Notes: generated from the letters alone by a model not told the origin. A DNA stretch of 64,000 bases from an uncultured Methanosarcinaceae archaeon (GCA_963847185.1 CAWJYV010000010.1:384001-448000); one strand, 5' to 3'. Counted from the stretch's first letter, positions 42,300 through 51,963 are shown. A program made the numbers and translations.

Positions 42300-42590
42300 C
42301 CTTAAAACTTAACCCCCAAAACCAAGTTTTCCCAAGCCTCAACCCTCTCCAAAACGTGGCTGTTAAGTGTAAAAGGTTTATCACTTTTGCGTTTGTTTCA
42401 TGTAATGCAAATTTCCCTTATAGAACCCTAATTTTTTCAAATCAATGTAAGAAATACTCAGGGTCTTTTACCTAATTTCTTGGGAATCAACCCTCTGAAC
42501 CCCAGATTCAAGCAAAGCATACCCATAATTTAGCATGGTATTTACCATGTTTCCTGAACCCATAGGTCTTCTATACTGGCCAATTCTTGA
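42300..42590 (-). pseudogene. cas1: Casposase cas1 fragment 2 (internal deletion, frameshifts)
   Basis: Matches ~39965-40172, joined directly to a match of ~40550-40626. Confidence 0.9.
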
Positions 42591-42679
42591 TTAAACAAAA
42601 CAGAACAAATGATTTTAATATGTAAAAACACGATTTATAAAAATTGGAAGTAGGGAGTAAATTTTGAACTTTTCGAGAT

Positions 42680-43114
42680 TTATTTAATAACAATAGTCTT
42701 ATGAACCCACATCTTTTTACCACAATCTTTACACTTAATAGTCAAACAGCTAATGTAATAACCGGTTTTTGAAAACTTGTGTACCGGATTTTTTAGTGAT
42801 GAAGTAATTTTTTTTCCTTCGAGATGTTTTCCATCTCCAAAGTCCCATCTGATGTATGTCTCTTTACCTTTTGATAGATCCTTAAATTTTACTACTCGCG
42901 GATCGCTTGAAGAAGCGGCTACCGCTGTATAATCAATGTGAGAATGCCCGCATTTGCAGGACAGACAGGCTGTTGCTGGAGGGGTTCCTGCACCAAGAGG
43001 AGTCTTGGTTACAGAAATTTTTGCAGAGGCTCCTGCAGACAATAAAGTCAATATCATTAATACGGTGAAAACAGATAATGTTATTTTCCATATAGACTTT
43101 CCAGTATTTTTCAT
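42680..43114 (-). CDS. Secreted single-PKD-domain protein, Cys/His-containing
   Basis: Signal peptide; FKDLS...WDFGDG...NPVHKFSKTGYY. Confidence 0.88.
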   Translation of the reverse strand: MKNTGKSIWKITLSVFTVLMILTLLSAGASAKISVTKTPLGAGTPPATACLSCKCGHSHIDYTAVAASSSDPRVVKFKDLSKGKETYIRWDFGDGKHLEGKKITSSLKNPVHKFSKTGYYISCLTIKCKDCGKKMWVHKTIVIK

Positions 43115-43457
43115 ATAATTCTCTCCTGTTTTTTCTTAGTTTTATTCGGGAAACCCGTAACCAAAAGTTCCAGGGAAAATTAACATATAAACATACTTAT
43201 TTTCATGATATCTCATAAAAATCAGAAAGCGGATTTGAAGCTTTGTAATGCTTTATTTTCAGGCTAAAAACATTATGACATATGAAAATAGATTTAATAT
43301 TTATTTGATTTGATTTAAAAAGGGAATGTAAGTCTTTTAGACATGTAACACTGTCAAATCTCTTTAGGTTATTCTAATATGGCAATCGGCAGTCTGTCTA
43401 AAAAAAGATTGATGAATCGGGGAAATAGTGTAAGATTGACTTGGAGAAGAAATAAGT

Positions 43458-43506
43458 GCTAAAATTACAAGAAACCTGAAAAGTTTCTGTTAATAATAAG
43501 CTAAAC
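43458..43506 (-). pseudogene. cas1: Casposase cas1 fragment 3 (~50 bp)
   Basis: GCTAAAATTACAAGAAACCTGAAAAGTTTCTGTTAATAATAAGCTAAAC vs 40412-40460 GCTAAATCTACAAGAAACCTGAAAGGTTCCTGTAAATCATAGGCTAAAC. Confidence 0.75.
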
Positions 43507-43641
43507 ATGATTTATTTAAGCCATTGATAGATATATTTTAAAATAAAATAACATTTTTACAAAGAAATAATTAAATATTAAAACTTTCTTATTATAGATA
43601 GAAAAGCTAAAATTCAATAAGCAAAATCGGGGGATGGATAT

Positions 43642-43773
43642 ATGGGGGACGAAATATCCGACGAGGATAAAAGGAGACTGGCTATTTTCCTGCTTGTCTT
43701 CTGTTTACTGACAATAACAATTACAGCATTTATGGATTATTTCACAATCTTTCAGGCCATTTAGACTTTTTAA
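43642..43773 (+). CDS. Single-TM peptide A (40 aa to the TAG; 43 aa if the amber is read through)
   Basis: MGDEISDEDKRRLAIFLLVFCLLTITITAFMDYFTIFQAI-TAG-TF*; gapless paralog at 44917. Confidence 0.65.
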
Positions 43774-43875
43774 CTTCAGGTCAACGTCAAATATACCATT
43801 ATGATAAAACGACAAGAAATATTATGGGAAAGCATTTTATTTGGATGCTCAGGAGAAAACTTAATCAGAGCTCCC

Positions 43876-44163
43876 GAAACTAGTTTTCCCAGGCCTTAAC
43901 CCTCTCCAAAACATGGCTGTTAAGGGTGAAGGGCTTATCATTTTTGGCACCTTGTTTCATGTAATGCAAAGTTCCTTTAGTTTAGGCTGCAATTTTCAGT
44001 TACAATGAAATTCTTCTTATCCATTGTACTTTTTCAGCTAAATTTATGACTGCTAAATATACAAGAAACCAGAAACCTGAAAGGTTCCTGTAAATCTTAG
44101 GCTAAACTGTTTTTGCTCGGGTTCATTTTTATAAAAACCCCGCATGAGGATCTAAACCAACAG
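43876..44163 (-). pseudogene. cas1: Casposase cas1 fragment 4 (a different internal deletion)
   Basis: Matches ~39975-40080, joined to a match of ~40340-40517; contains a small AGAAACC duplication. Confidence 0.9.
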
Positions 44164-44332
44164 GTAAAATGGCTCAAATGATAGAGTCAATACAAAGAAT
44201 CAAATACCTGAAAACTCTTCAGAACTCTTTGAGATATTCATGGCCAATTGGGAGCAGATACACAGGGGCTTAACCCTGCTATCTTTTTTGTGGAAATTCG
44301 ACGTCCCAATTGAAGCACAAGAGGATTTTTTG

Positions 44333-44719
44333 ATGAAAAAGATATGTCTTTTATTAGTTATGCTACTAATTACGAGCGTATTTAGTGGCTGCATCGGACA
44401 GGAACAAAACTCAGAAGTTAACAATACGACAACACCTTCGTACAACAGTACCCAGAACAGGCATCCCAGTTTCTGGTCAATGATGTTCTGGTCGAGTCTC
44501 TGGAGCAGATATGTAACACCAGGCATCCAGGCTGCAAAATACCGCGCTACTCCCGACACCGCAACAAAAAAAGACGCTTCAACCCCCTCAAAAAAAGTTG
44601 ACGCAAAAGACCCAACAGAAACAGCAAATAAAAAATCAGTAAGCCCGGATTCCGGAAACAAACCAAAACCTAGAGTAAAAACAACTACTGCACGAATTAG
44701 GCGAAGCGGAAGACGTTAA
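44333..44719 (+). CDS. Small lipoprotein with Trp-rich helix and basic tail
   Basis: RBS GAGGA; MKKICLLLVMLLITSVFSG-C; FWSMMFWSSLW; ends RIRRSGRR. Confidence 0.75.
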   Translation: MKKICLLLVMLLITSVFSGCIGQEQNSEVNNTTTPSYNSTQNRHPSFWSMMFWSSLWSRYVTPGIQAAKYRATPDTATKKDASTPSKKVDAKDPTETANKKSVSPDSGNKPKPRVKTTTARIRRSGRR

Positions 44720-44916
44720 TATATATTTTAACTTGGTCATATTGACCTGGTCATGACTTCCAATTCATTTTTTATTTCTCTGAATGCCAGGTACTATTTT
44801 AGCGTTTTTTCCCATATAATTCAATATTTTTACAAAGAAATAGATAAATATTGAAACATCATAATTATCAATATTAAAAATAAAATTGACTCGGCAATAA
44901 TATGGGGTGTTGCTAT

Positions 44917-45048
44917 ATGGAAATAGAAATATCCGACAAGGAAAGAAGAAGGATTACTATTTTCCTGCTAATCTCGTGTTTACTGGCAATAACAGTTACA
45001 GCGTGTATATGTAATTTAACAACCTTTCTAGCCGGTTATCTGTTCTAA
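44917..45048 (+). CDS. Single-TM peptide B, 43 aa
   Basis: MEIEISDKERRRITIFLLISCLLAITVTACICNLTTFLAGYLF*; RBS GGGGTG. Confidence 0.65.
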   Translation: MEIEISDKERRRITIFLLISCLLAITVTACICNLTTFLAGYLF

Positions 45049-45181
45049 CTTTCCCCAGGATACTTTAATCTTGAGTTATAATTCTTATTTACTATTTTCA
45101 ATTACAGTGAACTTAAAAAAGGCAATAAATTAGATAGTAAGTTAGTCTTCTATCCTACTATCAATTGCACTTGATTCTATT

Positions 45182-48121
45182 TCATCTTCGTTTATACAGG
45201 AATGCTCCAAGAAGACCAATTATGCAGGAAATTATTTCAAATCCGGGAGTACTTACGTTTTCTTTCTGAGGAGTATTTGTTTTTTCTGCTTCCTCAGATT
45301 TTTCAACGTCTGATGCTGTAATTCCATTTTTTTGTCCGGGATCCTGTGTGCTGGTTTCAGGCAGGATTCCAATCACATTTCCTTTTCCTGCTGTCCTGGC
45401 AGTTATTGCAAATGGAGAGAATCCAGGGGTTCCTGCTGTGAAATACAGATAGCTATTGTCTTCTTTGACGAAGGCTGTTGGAAGTTCGTTCCATTTCTTG
45501 TCACTGTATCTGTTCAGGATTATTGAAGACTGGTCAATTTCTTTACCTTTTATCCAGTCCTTTTCGACTTTGAAACAGATGACGCCGTTTTCGAGATTAT
45601 CTGCATCACTTCCATAACCCCCGTTTCCAACCCAGATATTGAGGTAGTTGTAGACCTCGCCTTCAGGCGTCTCCGGAGTAAGCGTGGATTTACTTTTAAG
45701 CATCTCGACAATGGCTGTTGTCTTACCAACGGTCTTTTTTGGATCAAAGCATAAGTAAACAATATCAGTGGCATCATTTGTAAAATCAAACTTTGCAGGA
45801 TTTCCACCTGTAATGAAGACCTGACAAAGTTCCTTTACTTTGACATTCTTTGCAGGCTCGGGAGAACCAGCACCTCCACCACTTCCACCGCTTCCTCCAC
45901 TGTTGCTATCGCCGCTTGAACCTGTCTGGCTCAGTGCTGTTATTGTAGCCGTTTTTGTGTCAGTTCCGTCTGCATTGCTCGTTATAAGGCTAACGTCGTA
46001 GGTTCCTGCCGAGGAATAAGTATGCATCGGATTTTGCTCAGTTGAAGTACATTCGTCTCCAAATTTCCAGTACCATGAAGTTGGAAACCCTGTGCTTGTA
46101 TCCTCAAACTGAACGATCAAGGGTATATTTCCATATGTCGTGCTTGAACTGAAGTTCGATGACGGAGGGTGTGATAGGGCTGTGATGTAATTCACTTTTT
46201 GAATAGAATCTGATCCGAATTCATTTACTACGGTCAGGTTAACAGTATAATTTCCGATATTCGAATATTCATATATCGGATTCTGAAGCGTTGATGTATT
46301 TCCATCGCCGAAATCCCACAACCAGGATTCTGGAAGTCCGGTTGATGTGTCATTGAACGCCACACTTAGCGGGCGTGGACCGGTTGTGGAATTGCTGCTG
46401 AAGCTGGCAGCTGGAGCTGTCGGTGGAATAACAGTAATTGCCTGGAGCATGGAATCACTGGAAACTTCATTTGCTACAGTTAGATTAGCCGTATAGACTC
46501 CAGGAGTTGCATACGTATGAGTAGCGTCTGCACTATTACTTACAGGCGAACCATCCCCGAAATCAAGCAGTTCTGTGGTCTGGTTGACGCTGCAATCCTT
46601 AAAAATCACACTTTTTCCAGCAAATATGCTGTTTCTGGAAACTTCATAATTTGCAGTCACACTGGAAAATCTTGGAGGTGGCACCCAGGAAGAATTGCCC
46701 AGATCTCCCATGTGATAGAATGCCCCGCCATTACGACTTGTATAATCAAGAATCGACTCCAGTCTATCCGTTGAAGTCTGATATGAGATAGTGACATTTG
46801 GAGTGATCGTATGCCCATATAACACAAGTACGGTTCCTGTTTTTATTGCGTAATCGATCCCGTCTTCTATAGACTGCAAGCTAGCACCGGACCGGTCATC
46901 TATTTCAACACCATACAGAAGTTGAGAATCGTCCCACTTGTAATAAGCCAGTGTTGTTTCGTTTACGTTCCCGTTTACAAGCGTGGGAGTTCTCGTTCGA
47001 AGTGTCCGGAAATATGGAGATAATGCTACATCTGTATCTGCATTTCTACTCGAATAAGGGTATGCAAGAGTAAAAACCGGATAACCATAGCGGGTGATCT
47101 CTACGATATTAGGGAATATTTCCTGGCTTAGCCATGCTGTAGGAGGGTTATCATTTACAAACTGAACTGAGTTTATGTGATTGTATCCATGGCAGGCTAC
47201 TTCCCATCCAGCCGAATGCAGTGCATTTAATTCATTTATTACGGCCTGTGATCTGGTACTTACTTTATTTACATTAATAGTACACGTAGCATTATATTTC
47301 TGGAACATTGACAAATATGGGTAACAGGTTTCGATATGTGCTGAATCGTCCCAGGAGAGAGCAATGCCTCCAGGTTTGTCTAATTTCTTTATGCTCCGGA
47401 GATCATTGCCATATAAATTTAAGACCTCAGATGGATTTAATGTTCTGTTATACAAATAAAAAGCATAGATTGACCCGTTTAGCCCATACGCAGTATCAGG
47501 GGAAGATCCTATCGTCCAGTTACCCTTCTGATCAGTGATATAGTCTGGACCTGGAGCAGCAGCTGTATAGTTTACACCTTTCCCATTCGCAATTCCATTG
47601 AGATATAATTGAGCGTGAGAGCCATCGTATGTCACAATAGCTTCATAATCTTTATCAGGCTGGATACGGCTCTCACCTGAACCGGAAATAGTATAATCAT
47701 TTGCATTAAATTCATACATCAGCGTTGAATTCCTGTGGTCAATGCCGATCTTGAAAATATTATTGCCTTTGGAAACCAGGTATGTATAACGAGCCGGATT
47801 GCTGGAATTATAACGAAAAAATACCCCACATGTTATATTCGGATCAGTAAATGCCAGCTTTTCATTGTCAGGTATTGTTATCCTATTTTTTCCGTTAAAA
47901 TGCCTTGCTATTTGTTCAGTTGGTAAAATAAAAGTTGTACTGCCGTTATTTATACCATTATTTCCGTATTCGGAATTGTCAACTATAGTATCCCCTGTGT
48001 CTTCACACCAGTTATAATACACGATTTGATTTGCGTCCGCACATGCATTGCCAGCCAGACCTGTTATGAATATGAACAATAGTCCACATATCGCGTATAT
48101 TTTAAAAAACTGAATTTTCAT
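45182..48121 (-). CDS. Surface protein: LamG-like + polysaccharide deacetylase + 3 PKD + PGF-pre-PGF + PGF-CTERM
   Basis: LSWDD/HGYNH NodB motifs, three [LW][DK]FGD PKD repeats, TPGFSPFAIT and a terminal TPGF-TM-KRR archaeosortase signal. Confidence 0.9.
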   Translation of the reverse strand: MKIQFFKIYAICGLLFIFITGLAGNACADANQIVYYNWCEDTGDTIVDNSEYGNNGINNGSTTFILPTEQIARHFNGKNRITIPDNEKLAFTDPNITCGVFFRYNSSNPARYTYLVSKGNNIFKIGIDHRNSTLMYEFNANDYTISGSGESRIQPDKDYEAIVTYDGSHAQLYLNGIANGKGVNYTAAAPGPDYITDQKGNWTIGSSPDTAYGLNGSIYAFYLYNRTLNPSEVLNLYGNDLRSIKKLDKPGGIALSWDDSAHIETCYPYLSMFQKYNATCTINVNKVSTRSQAVINELNALHSAGWEVACHGYNHINSVQFVNDNPPTAWLSQEIFPNIVEITRYGYPVFTLAYPYSSRNADTDVALSPYFRTLRTRTPTLVNGNVNETTLAYYKWDDSQLLYGVEIDDRSGASLQSIEDGIDYAIKTGTVLVLYGHTITPNVTISYQTSTDRLESILDYTSRNGGAFYHMGDLGNSSWVPPPRFSSVTANYEVSRNSIFAGKSVIFKDCSVNQTTELLDFGDGSPVSNSADATHTYATPGVYTANLTVANEVSSDSMLQAITVIPPTAPAASFSSNSTTGPRPLSVAFNDTSTGLPESWLWDFGDGNTSTLQNPIYEYSNIGNYTVNLTVVNEFGSDSIQKVNYITALSHPPSSNFSSSTTYGNIPLIVQFEDTSTGFPTSWYWKFGDECTSTEQNPMHTYSSAGTYDVSLITSNADGTDTKTATITALSQTGSSGDSNSGGSGGSGGGAGSPEPAKNVKVKELCQVFITGGNPAKFDFTNDATDIVYLCFDPKKTVGKTTAIVEMLKSKSTLTPETPEGEVYNYLNIWVGNGGYGSDADNLENGVICFKVEKDWIKGKEIDQSSIILNRYSDKKWNELPTAFVKEDNSYLYFTAGTPGFSPFAITARTAGKGNVIGILPETSTQDPGQKNGITASDVEKSEEAEKTNTPQKENVSTPGFEIISCIIGLLGAFLYKRR

Positions 48122-48790
48122 TGTAATTAAACCCCTTAAATGAAATAAATGTTGAAGTATTCTATCCAAAAAGCAATTTTAGTGCCGCATTTTTCCCTTA
48201 TAGTCCAAATTCCTTCATTTTGACAAAATGAAATAATATTATTCTCATTTTGATTTACTCCAACTTCATTATTGTCTGAGTATTTACATAGTGTGACCCT
48301 CGTGTTAGGACTGTAAAATTCAAAAATTCTTTACTATGATATTGATCTAATAATCACAAAGCCAGGGTTTGAACGAATAATCCAATTAGTAAACAATGTT
48401 AAAATAATTATACAGGTCAAACATTATAACTTTTTTGTCCAGTATGTGATAATTATATAATATACATTATTAATATAGACGCATTTAAGGTAAAGAAATA
48501 CATATAGGAATATAGAAACTAGATATTTCCAATAATGTAGAAAAACAAGGAATGATAAAATGCATAAAGAGAGAAAAAGCACTGTAATTGTCTATGAAAA
48601 CAAAAAATTGATTTATAGAAAATATATCTAAATAAGCCTAATAAGTAGAAAAAATGAATAAGAAAGACTATCTGGACAATAACTCTTTCTTAAGTTTCAT
48701 TTCATTAGCGCAAATTCTCCTCAAATAATCCTGAGATTACAGACAGAAAAAATATTGAGGACTTTTCTTCTTCATCCATTTGAACCGGCA

Positions 48791-50152
48791 TTAGAACACT
48801 CCTTTTGGCCCTGCTGACAACGCTTCAAGCCAGGGGAAGTCTTTTCTCATAGACGCATTCTTAATCACCTGTTCTACATACCCCTTATCAACGTTAACGT
48901 CGGATGTGGAATTTGCGTATAAGTAATTTCCACCGGCGTTGTTTGAGAGGCAGTTGTTTTCCAGGATGAAGGAATGAGTGCCATTCAGCTTATTAAATAC
49001 TGCATATCCTTTTCCGGCTGTACGGCTTGGCTGTGTATTAATAATTATATTATTTTTTACAAGGGTTGTGTATCCGGATTCCGGGGCTGCAAAGGCTTTA
49101 ACTCTTTTGTGGGCTATGGCTGCGCCGTAGCACCCATCAAAGAAATTATTCTCTATGATGGTGTTCTGGAAGCCGTTAAGCACTATGCCGCCTCCCCAGT
49201 CAGCGCCCTGGTTGATGCTGGTGTCATAAAACCTGTTATTATGGATGTATATGTCTTTTGCATCATCTTTGGAGTATTTGGATCCGTAGCCTGTAATCCA
49301 GATGCCTGCGGCGTTGGTTTCATACAGGAGGTTATTGTATATCTCGATGTCATCCATTACGGTTGATGAGCCTTCTTTCTGGATCTGGATGCCTGCGCCT
49401 CCTTCCCCTTCGGAGTTAATGGTGTTGTTGTAGAAATTTATGTGGTTTGAGTTGTAAGCTCTCAGGCCGCTGTTTGTCCTGCAGGTTATTTTGTTGTTCC
49501 AGGCTTCTATGTTTGAGGAATAGACGGCATAGAGGACATCATGACCCAGTTTGTATACTGTGTTATTATAGAACTCGATGTTTGAACACCTACTAACTTT
49601 CAGGCCATCTCCATGGCTATCGTGCATGTACATATCATGAACTTTTATGTTTTCGGATTCAAGGAAATGAATCAGATTGTAATAGCTTTGCCCATTAATT
49701 TTATCCTCGTTCTTGTCGTGGTTTCCGTAGATCTCAAATCCCCTTATAGTAATATCAGTATTTCCGGAGCTGTCCATCTGTGTAATAAGAGGTTTTTCTG
49801 CTGGCCAATCTGCATTATCTTCAAGTTTTATTACAGCTGTTGAATCGCCTTCCAGGATTGTATTGCTTCCAATAAGAATACTGTCTGAGATCACGTATGT
49901 AATATTGCCTTCCAGGTGAACGGTTGAGTATTCAGGATTTTCTGCCACGTAAGCAAGAGCCTTATTTATCTCAACCTGATCATCAACACCATCACATACG
50001 AAATCCCCACTCTCATTAGTAGTTACATACACAATTTTGCCAGAAGGCTCTGGCAGGAAGAAAATTATAATTGAGATTAAAAAAATAAAAAGCAAGAGTG
50101 AAATTACTATTTTTCTGATTCCCCATTTGTTAGTTTGTAGTTCTTCGTCCAT
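48791..50152 (-). CDS. Membrane-anchored right-handed beta-helix protein, disaggregatase-related
   Basis: CDGVDDQVEINKAL, HDMYMHDSHGDGL and NNKITCRTNSGLR motifs; N-terminal TM segment. Confidence 0.85.
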   Translation of the reverse strand: MDEELQTNKWGIRKIVISLLLFIFLISIIIFFLPEPSGKIVYVTTNESGDFVCDGVDDQVEINKALAYVAENPEYSTVHLEGNITYVISDSILIGSNTILEGDSTAVIKLEDNADWPAEKPLITQMDSSGNTDITIRGFEIYGNHDKNEDKINGQSYYNLIHFLESENIKVHDMYMHDSHGDGLKVSRCSNIEFYNNTVYKLGHDVLYAVYSSNIEAWNNKITCRTNSGLRAYNSNHINFYNNTINSEGEGGAGIQIQKEGSSTVMDDIEIYNNLLYETNAAGIWITGYGSKYSKDDAKDIYIHNNRFYDTSINQGADWGGGIVLNGFQNTIIENNFFDGCYGAAIAHKRVKAFAAPESGYTTLVKNNIIINTQPSRTAGKGYAVFNKLNGTHSFILENNCLSNNAGGNYLYANSTSDVNVDKGYVEQVIKNASMRKDFPWLEALSAGPKGVF

Positions 50153-50582
50153 TTTACATCCTCAAACAAATAAAACTATATCTTTCATATATTAAAAAAA
50201 TTTACCTGTTAAAAATTGTAAAAGACCTTTTTGAAGATGTCTGGACATTCAGCAGGGCCCTGACTGCTAAAATCAATTAATAGCTTTCCTGAATACGTTC
50301 TTTGAAGGTTCTATTCCTAGGAAAATTTTCTTTACCATAAAAGAAAGATTTGGCGAAAATATCGGAAAAAGCTCATAATATAATTATATTTTTACAGTTT
50401 TATTATGACAAAATATTATATATTTGGAGATATAACATTTAAATGTCAAATTGAATAAATAGTGAAATGAGCAAACCACCTCAAGTTGAAAATGTAGAAT
50501 TAAGTCGCTTCAAAGCAAAAATAATTATTGAAAACAGAATGCAGGGATCTGGCATCTACAAAATCTCTGGTGAGGTGATAAA

Positions 50583-51035
50583 ATAAGTCCTGATGAATCT
50601 AAAGACAAAAGAGCAGAAAATGAAAACTCAAATAATGAATTTTTTGATCTTACGGCAATTCCCCTTCCAAAAACCGATAATTCACTATATTCGATTTTGA
50701 ATTCCTTAAATCAGAATATTGCAGACTTTTATACTCTTGTGAAATTCAACAGTTATCTATCTGAAGACCACCTGAATGTCGAACTACTTAAAAGAAGTAT
50801 GAGTATTCACAGGGATTTTGCAGTTCTCTTCCTCCATACCAAAGAAGAAATGGTATTCACTGCCCACTCAGAATTTTTGGAGAAAGTGGAAAGATTGTTG
50901 TTCAAAGGAGAAGTGAGTAATAATTGCATAAACTATACCTGCAAATTATGCAGGATAATAAATGACTATAAAATAGCCTTACACATAGAGGGATATCTGC
51001 CAGATCCGAAAATAAGCTCACTGTCTCCAGTTTAG
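50583..51035 (+). CDS. Hypothetical protein, paralog of 13901-14368
   Basis: Homology extends upstream of the called TTG (50697) to ATA 50583 behind RBS GAGGTGA; in-frame TGA at 50571. Confidence 0.75.
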   Translation: MSPDESKDKRAENENSNNEFFDLTAIPLPKTDNSLYSILNSLNQNIADFYTLVKFNSYLSEDHLNVELLKRSMSIHRDFAVLFLHTKEEMVFTAHSEFLEKVERLLFKGEVSNNCINYTCKLCRIINDYKIALHIEGYLPDPKISSLSPV

Positions 51036-51202
51036 TTATCTAATTATCTGCCTGATTATCTGCCAACTTGTCCTTCTCTCCAGGTTTCTTTTTCTAGAAG
51101 TGAAGAAGTATTAACCGGAATCTCTTACCCTAGCTTTCTCACAAAGTACTATGGGATGCAACTATTCACTGCTGCAACCTGATGCAGCGGGCGAAAACAA
51201 TG

Positions 51203-51272
51203 ACTGATAGAAAAGGACTGATAAAAAAGGACTGATAAAAAAGAACTGATAAAAAAGAACTGATAAAAAAGA
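51203..51272. repeat. 14-bp tandem repeat ACTGATAAAAAAG(G/A) x5
   Basis: Directly visible, downstream of rpoP. Confidence 0.92.
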
Positions 51273-51404
51273 ACTTGATATGTAACTGCTGGATAAAAAA
51301 AAGTTGTTTTTGTCCTGCCCATCGAATTATTAGATAGGGGGCTTATTCAAAAAGCCCTGTTTTTATCTAATACTTCTGCTTATACGCCGGAGTAAAAATA
51401 TTCT

Positions 51405-51542
51405 TTACTCGGCATCAACGCGTTTGATGGTTGTAGGACGCTCTTTTACGAGAATTCTGTGTCCGCAATAGGGACACCTTATACCTGTGTACTCGTAGTC
51501 GATTTCTACTTTCTGTTTACAGCGAGTGCATTTATACCCCAT
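51405..51542 (-). CDS. rpoP: RNA polymerase subunit P (Rpo12), 45 aa (not in ORF track)
   Basis: [45 protein letters not shown]; follows rpl37ae. Confidence 0.96.
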   Translation of the reverse strand: MGYKCTRCKQKVEIDYEYTGIRCPYCGHRILVKERPTTIKRVDAE

Positions 51543-51562
51543 ACAACCACAACCTTAGAGTT

Positions 51563-51859
<297 letters not shown>

Positions 51860-51872
51860 TTAAAATGTAATT

Positions 51873-51963
51873 CTTGCTCTAAAGTGATCAACTCAGAACC
51901 GATGGTTCAAGGGCCAGTCCCTGGAACCAGAGGAAAGTGGTTCTGCTTATCACCTATTGCAAG
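51873..51963 (-). promoter_or_regulatory. Long interrupted hairpin in the rpl37ae 5' leader
   Basis: Nested pairs CTTGC/GCAAG, GGTGAT/ATCACT, AGAACC/GGTTCT and TGGTTCCAGGG/CCCTTGAACCA. Confidence 0.55.

Larger units (their letters stand above)
35973..44163. mobile_element. Decayed or compound casposon relic (family-2-like); right boundary undefined
   Basis: Candidate left end, casposase-type cas1 with C-terminal HTH extension and three further cas1 fragments; no polB seen. Confidence 0.75.

Noticed and set aside
42184-42384. 66-aa ORF in the track
   Set aside because: It is an out-of-frame reading of cas1 fragment 2 and its AT-rich flank.
35900-45100. CRISPR-Cas locus suggested by cas1
   Set aside because: No cas2 or other cas genes and no repeat-spacer array. 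The Cas1 has the casposase-type C-terminal extension.
51033-51185. Pyrrolysine read-through of the TAG ending 50583-51035
   Set aside because: The paralog at 13901 stops with TAA at the equivalent position, so this TAG is a true stop.
35973-51404. Intact, active casposon
   Set aside because: No polB or HNH gene, no full-length cas1, and I found no right TIR or second target copy.
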